From a virus (Duplodnaviria > Heunggongvirae > Uroviricota > Caudoviricetes), in the IMG/VR virus record IMGVR_UViG_2875713109_000001: 64,000 nt of DNA. The stretch is one strand, 5' to 3'. The position numbers and the translations under genes were made by a program. The number at the start of each line of letters is the position of its first letter. Within the stretch, counting starts at the first letter, position 1. This document shows, one piece after another, positions 19,533 to 32,775 of this stretch. A model generated the notes under the pieces. The model worked only from the letters and a program-made list of their open reading frames with translations. It searched no databases and was not told the DNA's origin.

Positions 19533-20321
19533 TTACTGTGCCGCTTTGTTTAATTCATCAAGAACAGAATCAGGAACCAAAGCGGCAACTGCGCTGGCTG
19601 TGCTGACCTTATTTGCTGATGCTTCCGCAAGCGCGGTACCGATAGCATGGTTATAAGCAGTTATGGCTACGTTGGCGCTTTCATTCGCTCGTTCATACTG
19701 CTGTTGTAACGCAGTTGTGGGCGCTGTTGTCTGGTTGAAAACAACCCCAAACTGTTCAGTTGCTACTTTCAGAGATTCAATTTGCTCTTCTGTTAGTGCT
19801 GGTGGGGGAGTGGCAGTGCCGCCGCCTGAACCAGAGCCTGACGAGCTTCCTGAGCCAGTGTTAAGGGTCTGGTTAATCTCCCCCATAGCAGCGACTAAAC
19901 TTGATGTATTAAGCGCGTTAACAGCGTCCTCAAGCGATTTAGTAATATTCACATCACCAATGGCAATAGAGATCGGCAGTTCTGAAACTTCTCGCTCATT
20001 AGCACGGCAGTAAACATCCCAACCAATATCGAGTTGAAGCAGCATTGACAGATCTGCATAACCAGCCAACAGGTCCGCGTGCTTAGTTGCCAGTTCTCCA
20101 ATGTTCGTTAAGCCAGTTGTGGTTGTTCTGATCGTTGAAACATAGCTGGTAATAGTGTCGGGATAGACAATTGTATCCAGAATTAATCCGGTCAATTCTT
20201 CTGCAAGCAGTTTTGCTGTGTTAGCACTGTTTCGTGCCGATGTTATGGCACCAGGTGTTTTCATCCCACCGGCGGCGGCCAATTTTTTATATGCGGATAA
20301 CTGGTAGTCTTTTTCCAGCAT
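19533..20321 (-). CDS. hypothetical protein (262 aa) with Gly/Ser linker
   Basis: AGGAG SD before ATG 20321; central TGSGSSSGSGSGGG linker; overlaps end of PAAR-like gene. Confidence 0.45.
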   Translation of the reverse strand: MLEKDYQLSAYKKLAAAGGMKTPGAITSARNSANTAKLLAEELTGLILDTIVYPDTITSYVSTIRTTTTGLTNIGELATKHADLLAGYADLSMLLQLDIGWDVYCRANEREVSELPISIAIGDVNITKSLEDAVNALNTSSLVAAMGEINQTLNTGSGSSSGSGSGGGTATPPPALTEEQIESLKVATEQFGVVFNQTTAPTTALQQQYERANESANVAITAYNHAIGTALAEASANKVSTASAVAALVPDSVLDELNKAAQ

Positions 20322-20329
20322 GATATCTC

Positions 20330-20614
20330 CTAACTTACCTGAACCAGGCCGTCTCCGGACGCTACGGTAGATCCGCATGAAACAGGGTCACCAACGCATA
20401 CGATCCCTTTACCATTGACGGTAAACCATGCCCTGGTTGATATAGCTTGCCCACCGTGCGTACTGTTTCCATCGGTATGCTGTGCATATTGCTTACCATC
20501 AACTAACACTTCGACTCCGTTGACTTTAAGTAGTGGTTCACTCTCTACAGGAGGCCTGGATGGGAATCCTCCGTGCCCCGAACAAATGCTGTCTTTTGTT
20601 GCAATACTTGCCAC
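20330..20614 (-). CDS. PAAR-like domain protein (94 aa)
   Basis: Repeated H-G-G and GDPVSCG motifs with short beta-strand spacing as in PAAR spike-tip proteins (from memory). Confidence 0.4.
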   Translation of the reverse strand: MASIATKDSICSGHGGFPSRPPVESEPLLKVNGVEVLVDGKQYAQHTDGNSTHGGQAISTRAWFTVNGKGIVCVGDPVSCGSTVASGDGLVQVS

Positions 20615-20694
20615 GTCATCACCAATTATTTGCTCTGGTTTTCGTTATTTTAACTTAGGTTACTTGTGGTCTACATGGTGTTAACTATTAAATA

Positions 20695-20711
20695 ATTGCT
20701 CTAATAAATAT
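20695..20711 (+). promoter_or_regulatory. C1 operator-like site upstream of hrdC-dmt operon
   Basis: attgctctaataaatat. Confidence 0.65.
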
Positions 20712-20782
20712 TGTTTTTTATGTCGTGTTTTCGGTACCATTCAGCCATCGCCCTTCAATGGGTATTTGTTTGGAGTCGTCAG

Positions 20783-21067
20783 ATGCAGATGGAGCTAATA
20801 AGCCGCAAAGAGTTCGATAGCCGTGTAACCAGCGGTGAACTCGACAACTTGCAGGCTATCAAGGTGAAAGAAGGCTTTTGCCTCATTGGGAATCAGAGCG
20901 GAACAAATCGCGTTTTTATGCTTCGCCGTACGGATTTGAAGCCATTTGTCTGGAAGAACGAAATTGGTCCCAGCTCATACGCTCAAACTAGGGGGTGCCT
21001 CAACCTGGCCTTTTTCTACAAAAACGAGCTTTCTGTGGTTGATATTCAAGGGTTACAACATGTTTAA
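20783..21067 (+). CDS. hypothetical small protein (94 aa)
   Basis: ATG 20783 with GGAG SD; first gene after operator; overlaps hrdC start. Confidence 0.4.
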   Translation: MQMELISRKEFDSRVTSGELDNLQAIKVKEGFCLIGNQSGTNRVFMLRRTDLKPFVWKNEIGPSSYAQTRGCLNLAFFYKNELSVVDIQGLQHV

Positions 21068-21965
21068 GCACTGGAAAAACATTACTATTTTTAAACTTTC
21101 TCGTGAGGCGGATCTGACCGACTTGGAAGATAAAAAGAAAATGATCCTTTTCACGCCATGCGGTAGTCAGGATATGGCCAAGTTCGGTTTTGTATCTCCA
21201 TTTGGTGATAATTCCGAAGTTATCGCTATGCATGGAAATGGTTTTATCCTTGTTGAAGCAAAGCGCGAAACAAAAATTCTTCCCCCGCCGGTTATCCAGC
21301 GAGCTATTCAAGAAAAAATTGAAAAACTCGAGCAAGAACAAGCGCGTAAACTGAAGAAAACAGAGAAGGACTCCCTGAAAGACGAAGTTCTGCATTCTCT
21401 TCTGCCACGGGCTTTTTCAAAGTTCTCTGTTATCCAGGCGATCTACGACGGTTCAACTAAACGTATCTATATCAATGCCAGCGCGCGGCAGGCAGAGGAT
21501 ATGCTCGCGCTTATGCGTAAATCTCTGGGTTCTCTTCCTGTTGTTCCCCTAAGTGTTGAAAATCCCATTGAATTAACGCTGACCGACTGGGTACGTGATG
21601 GTAGTGCTCCACAGGGATTTCAAATGGGGGATGCGGCAGAACTTAAGGCAGTGCTTGAGGATGGCGGTATTGCCCGAGTGAAAAAGCAGGACTTGGGAAG
21701 TGATGAAATATCCACACACCTGGAAGCTGGCAAGCTCGTCACTAAGTTGGCACTCGACTGGCAGAACCGCATTAAATTTACACTGGACCATAACTTCAGC
21801 CTTACCAGCGTCAAATTTGCGGATGAATTGCTTGAGCAGAACGCTGATATTGATAGTGAAGATGTTGCGCAGCGACTGGACGCAGATTTCTTCCTGTTGA
21901 CCAGTGAAATTTCGTGCCTGGTTGATGCTCTGGTAAATGCCCTTGGTGGAGAGGCTAAGCAGTGA
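21059..21965 (+). CDS. hrdC: RdgC-like recombination-associated protein
   Basis: Strong similarity to recalled E. coli RdgC along full length ([13 protein letters not shown]..., KILPPPVI..., [35 protein letters not shown]). Confidence 0.8.
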
Positions 21966-24226
21966 AAGAGCTGTGCTATGGATCTGTTTGCAGTGGAATT
22001 GAAGCCGCGAGTATTGCCTGGGAACCGTTGGGTATGCGTCCGGCGTGGTTTGCTGAAATCGAGCCTTTTCCATCTGCCGTTCTTGCGCACCGCTGGCCCC
22101 ATGTCGCCAACCTTGGCGACATGACAAAACTTGCCAAAAAAGTCCTGGCTGGGGAAATCGAATCCCCTGATGTGCTCGTCGGGGGAACACCTTGTCAGGC
22201 ATTCAGTATCGCTGGATTACGTGGTGGGCTTGATGATGAGCGTGGCGCGCTAACTTTAAAGTATGTGGAGCTTGCAAATGCAATTGACGACAAACGGGCT
22301 GAGTCATTTCTCAAACCAGCCGTTATCGTCTGGGAAAATGTCCCAGGAGTCTTGTCATCGGCAGATAACGCCTTCGGATGTTTCCTTGCCGGATTGGCTG
22401 GAGAAGATGCGCCATTTGAACCAGGTGATCGACCTGAATCAGGAAAAAGTAACGCGTTCTGGCGGTGGGATGGCAAAACCGGTTGCCATGCTCCAAAGTG
22501 GCCGCAGTGTGGTTGTATTTATGGACCGCAGCGAAAGGTGGCCTGGAGAATCCTTGATGCCCAATACTTCGGAGTGGCACAACGACGCCGACGCGTGTTT
22601 GTTGTCGCAAGTGCTCGAACAGACCTCGATCCCGCAACGGTACTTTTTGAGTTCGAAGGCGTGCGCCGGGATATTGCGCCGAGCCGAAAAAAGAAGGAAA
22701 TCGCTTCCGCCATTATTGCAAATGGCGCTGCAATCAGTGGCGAAAGCCTAAATCCATGCCTACATGCTGACATGCCACCCGGTATGAAATCGACGAAAGC
22801 CGTAAACGCTTTCAGGATGGCAGCATTTGGGGAATATATTGACGATGAAACCGCATCGACAGTAAAGGCAAGAGATTTTAAAGATGCCACTGACCTTGCC
22901 GTTTTTAGCAGCACAGGAGCAGCTTTTTGGTCAGAAGGGCATGGTACATTGCGGGCACGTGAGCAAGAAAGCCATGAGCATCTTGTTACATTGGCTTTTC
23001 CTGAGCGTATGAGCGGTACACAACATGCTGCAACTAAGAATACTTCACCATCTCTAATGGCTAAAAATCCAACAGCTGTTTGCTATGAAGTAAGAAACGC
23101 AGAAGTAGCTGTCCGCCGTCTTACCCCTGTCGAATGTGAAAGGCTGCAAGGTTTTCCTGATGGGCATACGTTGATCCCGACGGAAAAGCGTAAAAAAGTT
23201 AGTTCAGATGAACTGGCATATCTTCGCAATCACTATCCAGATTTAAGCGAAGAAGAGGCCGTGATGCTTGCAGCTGACGGACCGCGTTACAAAGCGATCG
23301 GCAATAGTATGGCAATACCAGTAATGCGCTGGATTGGCGATCGGATTACTAAGGCCGTATGTCGGCAGAAAGAAGGAAGTGAAACAAAAGAGCGAAAAGT
23401 TAAACCAGCGGCAGAATTCGAACGGTCCATATTCAAATGGGCTGGTGGAAAATTTGGTGTTCTGGAACAAATCTTTCGCTATTTGCCAGAAGGGAAGCGC
23501 CTGATTGAACCTTTCGTTGGTGGCGGAGCTGTCTTCATGAATGCCGGATACCAGGAAAATCTGCTAAATGATGTGAATGCTGACCTGATTAACTTTTACA
23601 AGACTCTGCAACGCGAGGCGCATTCACTTATCACTCTGGCACATCGTTTTTTCCTGGACTACAACACCCAGGAGGGATACTTGGCAGTACGGAATGCGTT
23701 TAACAAACAAGTCTATGATGATTTACATCGCGCAGCGGCGTTTTTGTTCCTGAACCGACATTGTTTTAACGGATTGACGCGTTACAACCAGGCCGGTGAG
23801 TTCAATGTCGGTTATGGGAAGTATAAAACTCCGTATTTCCCATTACAGGAGATGGAAGCCTTCCTCGGTGCGGAAGGGCGGTCTGAGTTTGTATGCGGTG
23901 ATTTTGCAGCGGTGATTGAAGCTGCCGGAGAAGGAGATGTCATCTTTTGCGATCCGCCGTATGAACCGCTCCCCAATACAGAGGGGTTCACGAACTATTC
24001 CGGTCATGACTTTAAGTTTGAAGAGCAAAAACGCCTGGTGTCTCTGTTGACGGATGCTCATCGTCGAGGTGCAAAGGTTCTCATTACTAACAGTGGCGCG
24101 CCAAACATCAGAGAGCTTTATCATGACAGTGGCTTCAGAGTGGAACCTCTTTTTGCCAGACGTTCTGTGTCTTGTAAGGGGGACACTCGAGGTGTAGCTC
24201 ATGACGTTTTGGGTATATTGCTCTAA
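21962..24226 (+). CDS. dmt: bifunctional DNA methyltransferase Dmt (N-terminal C5-cytosine MTase-like, C-terminal Dam-like N6-adenine MTase)
   Basis: 754 aa; [12 protein letters not shown] and ENVPG (C5 motifs IV and VI); C-terminal [13 protein letters not shown]..., DPPY (IFCDPPYEP). Confidence 0.85.
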   Translation: MKELCYGSVCSGIEAASIAWEPLGMRPAWFAEIEPFPSAVLAHRWPHVANLGDMTKLAKKVLAGEIESPDVLVGGTPCQAFSIAGLRGGLDDERGALTLKYVELANAIDDKRAESFLKPAVIVWENVPGVLSSADNAFGCFLAGLAGEDAPFEPGDRPESGKSNAFWRWDGKTGCHAPKWPQCGCIYGPQRKVAWRILDAQYFGVAQRRRRVFVVASARTDLDPATVLFEFEGVRRDIAPSRKKKEIASAIIANGAAISGESLNPCLHADMPPGMKSTKAVNAFRMAAFGEYIDDETASTVKARDFKDATDLAVFSSTGAAFWSEGHGTLRAREQESHEHLVTLAFPERMSGTQHAATKNTSPSLMAKNPTAVCYEVRNAEVAVRRLTPVECERLQGFPDGHTLIPTEKRKKVSSDELAYLRNHYPDLSEEEAVMLAADGPRYKAIGNSMAIPVMRWIGDRITKAVCRQKEGSETKERKVKPAAEFERSIFKWAGGKFGVLEQIFRYLPEGKRLIEPFVGGGAVFMNAGYQENLLNDVNADLINFYKTLQREAHSLITLAHRFFLDYNTQEGYLAVRNAFNKQVYDDLHRAAAFLFLNRHCFNGLTRYNQAGEFNVGYGKYKTPYFPLQEMEAFLGAEGRSEFVCGDFAAVIEAAGEGDVIFCDPPYEPLPNTEGFTNYSGHDFKFEEQKRLVSLLTDAHRRGAKVLITNSGAPNIRELYHDSGFRVEPLFARRSVSCKGDTRGVAHDVLGILL

Positions 24227-24233
24227 TAAATTA
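24217..24233 (+). promoter_or_regulatory. C1 operator-like site at start of tRNA-ban operon leader
   Basis: attgctctaataaatta overlapping dmt stop; TAATAT -10-like hexamer 10 bp downstream. Confidence 0.6.
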
Positions 24234-24407
24234 ATTAGTGTAATATCGCCTCAATGAATCGTGATTTATAGAGCGATTTAGCTGTTAGCCGCGACAGGCG
24301 CGGCGGTAAGCATGGCTGGGCCTAGTCCTCCCAGACAAACCACCGAGTTGCCAGGTTGACCATGCGCCTAAGTGGCAACGCCGAAGTGCGTTACGAGCTT
24401 CCAGTTT

Positions 24408-24433
24408 GCCCATCTTCGGGTGGGCGTTTTTTT
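24408..24433 (+). terminator. intrinsic terminator or attenuator in operon leader
   Basis: gcccatc-ttcg-ggtgggc (UUCG tetraloop) followed by GTTTTTTT. Confidence 0.5.
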
Positions 24434-24899
24434 CAGGGTTTTCGTCATGGTTAGCGACTTTGCGGCGGTTTAGAAACTGACCATTAAAGTAAATGCAAAC
24501 GATGATCTGATGATGGTAGCGGCCTAAGAAACCAGATGCCACGGGGTATGAGTCGTCCCCCGTCAAAAAAATCGACCGCAGAGTGTCCCCGTCTGTGTAT
24601 TAGGGAACGGGGAGGCACAACAGGTAAGGGCGCTGGTGTGATTAACCAGATGAACGAGAAGGGGCCATCTGTTGGTCAGCGTCCTTTCCTGTTGCGTTTT
24701 CTTTTCAGCGTAACAGCGGTGCTTAACAGCACTTTGGGTACAGTTCCACGAATTTACGGGTATATCCCGTCATGCTGAAGGCGCTAATCACGCTGGAAGC
24801 CAGGGTTGTGCATCCCCTGTTACCGAATTGCAGCCAGGGCGCGGTGCGCCGAAAAGCATACGGAGGTGGAAGCCCTCGCCGGAGACGTACCCGGCAAGT

Positions 24900-24975
24900 G
24901 ATGGTGTAGCTCAGCGGTTAGAGCGGTTGACTGTTAATCAACGGGTCGATGGTTCAAATCCATCCACCATCGCCA
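24900..24975 (+). tRNA. tRNA-Asn (anticodon GUU)
   Basis: Cloverleaf folded by hand: acceptor gatggtg/caccatc, anticodon stem gttga/tcaac with loop ctGTTaa, T-arm gatgg-ttcaaat-ccatc, 3' CCA encoded. Confidence 0.85.
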
Positions 24976-24977
24976 AT

Positions 24978-25053
24978 GCCGGTTTAGCTCAGTTGGTAGA
25001 GCGCCTGCCTTGTAAGCAGGATGTCAGCGGTTCGAGTCCGTTAATCGGCACCA
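24978..25053 (+). tRNA. tRNA-Thr (anticodon UGU)
   Basis: Acceptor gccggtt/aatcggc, D-arm gctcagttggtagagc, anticodon stem cctgc/gcagg loop ctTGTaa, T-loop ttcgagt, CCA encoded. Confidence 0.85.
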
Positions 25054-25785
25054 GCACAACAGGTAAGGGTATTTTGCGACGCCGGAGATCGCCGAGCTTG
25101 GCAGAGGGTTCGAATCCCTACGAAGTACCCTTACCGTTGTGATGAAGTGCAGCTCTTTGAAGCAACCAGAAGATAAGCATCTGGCTTCACAACATAAACC
25201 GCAGGAACGACCAATAAACGGTAGTCCGTATGGAGAACACCCCGTTGAGGAAGAGGCCTGGCCGGAACCGTAACCGGCACTACAACGTTGAGAACACTGG
25301 CGTAACGGGGTCATATCCCAATCTACGAATAAATGTTGCGTTGCAGCGTGACAACCAGTGTTCTCAACATTGTGGTGAATGCACAGGCTGATGTGCCGCA
25401 ACTACAGTAGTGCGCGCTTTGCGGGGCTTGCTACAACCCTGTGTCGGAGTTCAGCACCGACCATCACAGTTTGATTCTCTGGCATGAGCATAACGCTGAA
25501 ATAAGTCCAGTCTGGTGCGGCCCGATCACCCGCCGTTAGCTCCACGAAACGGAGCACGTAACAGGTAAGAGCATTCTCCTGTAACGGGTTCATATCCCAA
25601 TCTACAGGTCCACCAAGAATGCTCTTTCCGTTGCGGTGAATGCGGCTAAGCGCACGCGGGGAAATGGTTATATCAGTCCATTCATTTCTCCTTGTTTCCC
25701 CGTCCACGGTGGATAACCAGCCAAAGGACACCGGGAGGCACCCGGCACCGCAGCTTTTTTATTCGTTAAATAATGGAGTGAGAGG

Positions 25786-26022
25786 ATGCAGAACAATCCG
25801 AACAAATGTCGAACGCTATGGGTGCGGTTATATATTTATGCCGTCCTCTGTTTGATTGTGTCACTGGTTCTGTATGTTTGGCTTTTGCCAAATATGATCT
25901 CATCTAACAGCACAATACTTGTATTGTTGGGAGTCCTTCTCGCGCTCATTTACCCGGCTTTCGCAGTAGTCTTTTTTCGTGAAAAAACCAGGAAATTAAT
26001 TAATGAAAAAAACGTTGATTAG
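25786..26022 (+). CDS. small membrane protein (78 aa)
   Basis: Two hydrophobic segments; overlaps start of downstream lipoprotein gene. Confidence 0.45.
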   Translation: MQNNPNKCRTLWVRLYIYAVLCLIVSLVLYVWLLPNMISSNSTILVLLGVLLALIYPAFAVVFFREKTRKLINEKNVD

Positions 26023-26830
26023 TGCAGCGATTATTTTGGGTTCTTTATGTCTGACCGGATGCGATCGGGTAGAGCCAGGTAACGTAGGGATCAAAGTAAA
26101 TAAGCTGGGGGATGATAAAGGTATCGGTGAAGTAGTTGGCGTTGGTCGCTACTGGACAGGCTTGAATACTGAAGTTTATATCTTCCCGACCTTTAAGCAA
26201 ATGAAGACATACGATGAGCCGTTCAGCTTCCAGATGAGCGACGGAACAACCATTGGTTACCACATCGGCGTAGCCTACAAGGTTGATCCAGCAAAAGTCA
26301 CAACGGTATTTCAGACCTATCGCAAAGGTGTAGATGATATTACTGATACCGATCTACGCCAGAAGGTTGCAGATGCTCTGAACCGGTTAGCCAGCAAAAT
26401 GACCACCGACAAATTTATCGACGGTGGCAAATCTGAATTGCTTGATGCAGCCCTTAAAGACATTCAGGAAGAAATGACGCCAATCGGCATTCAGGTGATG
26501 AGCCTCTCTTATGTAGGTAAGCCAGAATACCCGCCAACAGTTATTGACAGTATTAACGCCAAAGTCACGGCAAACCAAAAAACCCTGCAACGCGAGCAAG
26601 AGGTCAAACAACGTGAAGCAGAGGCCAACATGCTGCGCGCGGAAGCTGCCGGACAGGCTGATGCTATTCGCACAAAAGCCCAGGCCGAAGCTGATGCCAT
26701 TCGTTTACGTGGTGAAGCTCTGCGCCAGAACCCCGGTGTTATGGAGTTGGAAGCGATCAACAAATGGAACGGTACATTACCGCAGTATATGACCAGTAAT
26801 ACCGCTGTTCCGTTTGTTCCGGTGAAATAA
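26003..26830 (+). CDS. lipoprotein with SPFH/band-7-like domain and coiled-coil C-terminus
   Basis: Signal plus lipobox LTGC; central domain then EAEANMLRAEAAGQADAIRTKAQAEADAIR helical repeats typical of SPFH family. Confidence 0.5.
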   Translation: MKKTLISAAIILGSLCLTGCDRVEPGNVGIKVNKLGDDKGIGEVVGVGRYWTGLNTEVYIFPTFKQMKTYDEPFSFQMSDGTTIGYHIGVAYKVDPAKVTTVFQTYRKGVDDITDTDLRQKVADALNRLASKMTTDKFIDGGKSELLDAALKDIQEEMTPIGIQVMSLSYVGKPEYPPTVIDSINAKVTANQKTLQREQEVKQREAEANMLRAEAAGQADAIRTKAQAEADAIRLRGEALRQNPGVMELEAINKWNGTLPQYMTSNTAVPFVPVK

Positions 26831-26857
26831 AAGCGTAAGCAAAATTGGCAGTAATCC

Positions 26858-26933
26858 GGCCCTTTAGCTCAGTGGTTAGAGCTGGCGACTCATAATCGCA
26901 CGGTCACCGGTTCAAGTCCGGTAGGGGCCACCA
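26858..26933 (+). tRNA. tRNA with CAU anticodon, Ile2 (ileX)-type
   Basis: Near-identical over most positions to recalled E. coli tRNA-Ile2; acceptor ggccctt/aggggcc, anticodon loop ctCATaa, CCA encoded. Confidence 0.8.
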
Positions 26934-27219
26934 TATTTGGTTGTAACACGGCGTCTGGCACATGCGTCGTTAGCGGTCTGGTGACGTTAAAAGGGGGGAA
27001 CCTTGCCCCTAGCTCAGGCAACGAACCAGGTAGCCGGAATGTGCAAGCCACCGTTTGTTGTTTCTCGGGTAAAGGGATTCACCATCCTGGCGATTCGGTG
27101 TGACAGCCGGGAAGAGTCCGGCGCATTAATCCTGATTTTCTGGTGATGACTCATATCGTTAGGAGTGATTTGAGTATGCCGATTATATCTGACATTCAGC
27201 ACGCCTGGGTGGAGTGCTA

Positions 27220-28584
27220 ATGTCTGCATCCCCTCTTGAATCCATGCCAAATTCCCTTAGTGCAGAACAAGCTGTACTTGGTGGCTTAATGCTTGATAAC
27301 TGCCGCTGGGATGAAGTTGCAGATCGTATAGTTGCTGATGATTTTTATACCAGTGCTCATCGTGAAATTTTCAGTGAGATGGAGAGGTTATTAAGTCATG
27401 GCAAACCGATTGATTTGATAACACTTGCTGAAGCACTTGAACAGAACGGTAAATTAGAACGCGCCGGTGGTTTTGCGTACCTTGCGGAGATGTCAAAGAA
27501 CACGCCCAGCGCGGCAAATATTTGTGCTTATGCGGATATCGTTCGTGAACGCGCGGTTGTTCGTGAAATGATTTCCGTCGCAAATGAAATAGCCGAAGCT
27601 GGATATGCGCAGGATGGCAGGGGCAGCAATGAATTGCTAGATATGGCCGAGCGCCGCGTTTTTGAAATAGCTGAAAAACGACAAAAGAGCGGTAGTGGTC
27701 CAAAAGATATCGCCAGCATTCTCGATGCAACGGTATCTCGCATAGAAGAGTTGTTTCAGCGACCACATGATGGTGTAACGGGGCTTGATACGGGATTTAC
27801 CGATCTCAATAAGAAGACGGCAGGGCTTCAGCCGTCCGATCTCATCATTGTCGCCGCCCGCCCATCTATGGGGAAGACCACGTTTGCGATGAATCTCGTC
27901 GAAAATGCCGCAGTTCGTAACGATAAGCCCGTATTGGTTTTTAGCCTTGAGATGCCGAGCCACCAGCTGATGATGCGCTCACTGGCTTCTCTTGCACGCG
28001 TTGATCAGACTCGTATTCGGACAGGGCAACTTAACGACGAGGATTGGGCGCGGGTTTCTGGCGCAATGGGTATTCTGTTGGACAAGCAGAATATTTTTAT
28101 TGATGACTCAAGCGCCCTGACACCTACAGAGCTTCGTTCCCGCGCTCGTCGTGTTTATAAAGAAAATGGTGGTTTGAGCATGATTATGATCGACTACCTG
28201 CAACTTATGCGCGTCCCCGAGCTGCAAGATAACCGAACGCTGGAAATTGCCGAGATTTCTCGCTCACTGAAGGCGTTGGCGAAGGAATTACAAGTACCGG
28301 TGGTGGCATTGTCACAACTTAATCGATCGCTTGAACAGCGTGCGGACAAACGACCGGTAAATTCAGATTTACGTGAATCAGGAGCAATTGAGCAGGACGC
28401 AGACCTGATCATGTTTCTGTATCGCGACGAAGTTTATCACCCGGATAGCGAAATGAAGGGCATTGCCGAGGTAATTATCGGAAAGCAACGAAATGGCCCA
28501 ATTGGCACGGTGAGATTGGCTTTTAACGGCCAATACTCACGGTTTGATAACTATGCTGGTGCTGACTGGCAAGAGGATTATTAA
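27220..28584 (+). CDS. ban: DnaB-family replicative helicase Ban
   Basis: DnaB N-terminal domain and RecA-like domain with Walker A PSMGKTTF; GGTGGAG SD before ATG 27220 (track start 27214 is GTG). Confidence 0.85.
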   Translation: MSASPLESMPNSLSAEQAVLGGLMLDNCRWDEVADRIVADDFYTSAHREIFSEMERLLSHGKPIDLITLAEALEQNGKLERAGGFAYLAEMSKNTPSAANICAYADIVRERAVVREMISVANEIAEAGYAQDGRGSNELLDMAERRVFEIAEKRQKSGSGPKDIASILDATVSRIEELFQRPHDGVTGLDTGFTDLNKKTAGLQPSDLIIVAARPSMGKTTFAMNLVENAAVRNDKPVLVFSLEMPSHQLMMRSLASLARVDQTRIRTGQLNDEDWARVSGAMGILLDKQNIFIDDSSALTPTELRSRARRVYKENGGLSMIMIDYLQLMRVPELQDNRTLEIAEISRSLKALAKELQVPVVALSQLNRSLEQRADKRPVNSDLRESGAIEQDADLIMFLYRDEVYHPDSEMKGIAEVIIGKQRNGPIGTVRLAFNGQYSRFDNYAGADWQEDY

Positions 28585-29582
28585 TGCAATGGAATGAGGA
28601 AAAGCCGATGAACATCCTGATCATTGGGCGAAAATTTGAAGCTATCAGTGATGTGAAAACATATACGGAAATGTGGGCTTATAACCTGGCCTGCGCCTTT
28701 AGTGAGGCAGGGGTAACATTGCAATACCATCGTCCATATTCCCCTGGCGTCGAAAGCCCGGAGGATTATGTTGAAGCTGTGTTGACTGCTGCGACCGCAT
28801 GTTCTGCGAAGGCCATTTTGGCACCAGGATTGAGGTATTTTACTACGGTACCCAGGGAAATAGGCATGCAACTGTGTCGCCGATTCTCTGGATGGGTAGC
28901 CCAGGTATATGACGGTTCTATGCTGGATTCGGCACCAGTCGATATTACTTTTACTGTCCGCGATGATACCTGGCGGTACCTGGATAATCCCGGCAGGTTA
29001 GAGCGTCATAATCGTTTTAACAAACATGTTGGATGGGCAGCGAATCAGGAGCTGTTCCATCTGGAAACCAAAACAGACGATATTCTGCGTATTTTTGTAG
29101 ACCACGCTGCATTTGATGTTAGTGGTTTTGATCACTCCTTAAGTATCCTTATGAACCTTCAGCGTCTGACCGTTCCGTATGAGGCCAGAACGTTGACTGA
29201 TGACGGATTGGTTACCATTGATCCGGGGAATATTTCGGTAACTCCATACAGGCGGACGCCGGTGCCAGCAACCGAATTTGCAGCTGAATTGCGTAAGAGT
29301 GACGTTTTTATCGTTACGCATCCCGAAAGCCTTGGATTAACTGTTCTTGAGGCGGCAATGTGTGGAGCGTTGATATTAACTCCGCCCGATTGCCTTCCGC
29401 CGGATCGCCTGGAGTTGGTGAACCATATGGTTATCAAGTCGCGGATTGATTGGGATGAGGTTATTGCTCGCGTTGATCGCGTGAAAAATGCTGAAAAGGT
29501 CCAGTGTCACACCTGGTCGGCAATTGCGGAAAAGATGCTTGAGACGTTTATCACGCAGAAACCGTCGCGCGGTAACGGATAA
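28584..29582 (+). CDS. GT-B (family 1-like) glycosyltransferase-like protein
   Basis: N-terminal NILIIG Rossmann start; C-terminal ESLGLTVLEAAMCGALILTPP resembles GT1 EX7E region; overlaps ban stop. Confidence 0.45.
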   Translation: MQWNEEKPMNILIIGRKFEAISDVKTYTEMWAYNLACAFSEAGVTLQYHRPYSPGVESPEDYVEAVLTAATACSAKAILAPGLRYFTTVPREIGMQLCRRFSGWVAQVYDGSMLDSAPVDITFTVRDDTWRYLDNPGRLERHNRFNKHVGWAANQELFHLETKTDDILRIFVDHAAFDVSGFDHSLSILMNLQRLTVPYEARTLTDDGLVTIDPGNISVTPYRRTPVPATEFAAELRKSDVFIVTHPESLGLTVLEAAMCGALILTPPDCLPPDRLELVNHMVIKSRIDWDEVIARVDRVKNAEKVQCHTWSAIAEKMLETFITQKPSRGNG

Positions 29583-29604
29583 AAAATTGAACCCGTCATA
29601 ACAG

Positions 29605-29628
29605 AAAAGCCCGATCGCCGGGCTTTTC
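29605..29628. terminator. bidirectional terminator-like hairpin
   Basis: aaaagcccg...cgggctttt between convergent genes. Confidence 0.4.

Positions 29629-32775
<3,147 letters not shown>

Noticed and set aside
22195-22914. Multiple 90-160-aa ORFs in alternative frames inside dmt
   Set aside because: dmt reading frame carries all methyltransferase motifs; alternative frames are typical of GC-rich coding sequence
24486-24560. Hammerhead-ribozyme-like CUGAUGA...GAAAC motif in the tRNA operon leader
   Set aside because: Flanking sequence cannot form the required stem II/III helices; likely a chance motif match
24536-24778. 80-aa plus-strand ORF in the tRNA leader and 25024-25731 minus-strand ORFs over the tRNA island
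   Set aside because: No RBS, Pro/Arg/Gly-rich products typical of GC-rich structured RNA regions, and they overlap tRNA genes or hairpins
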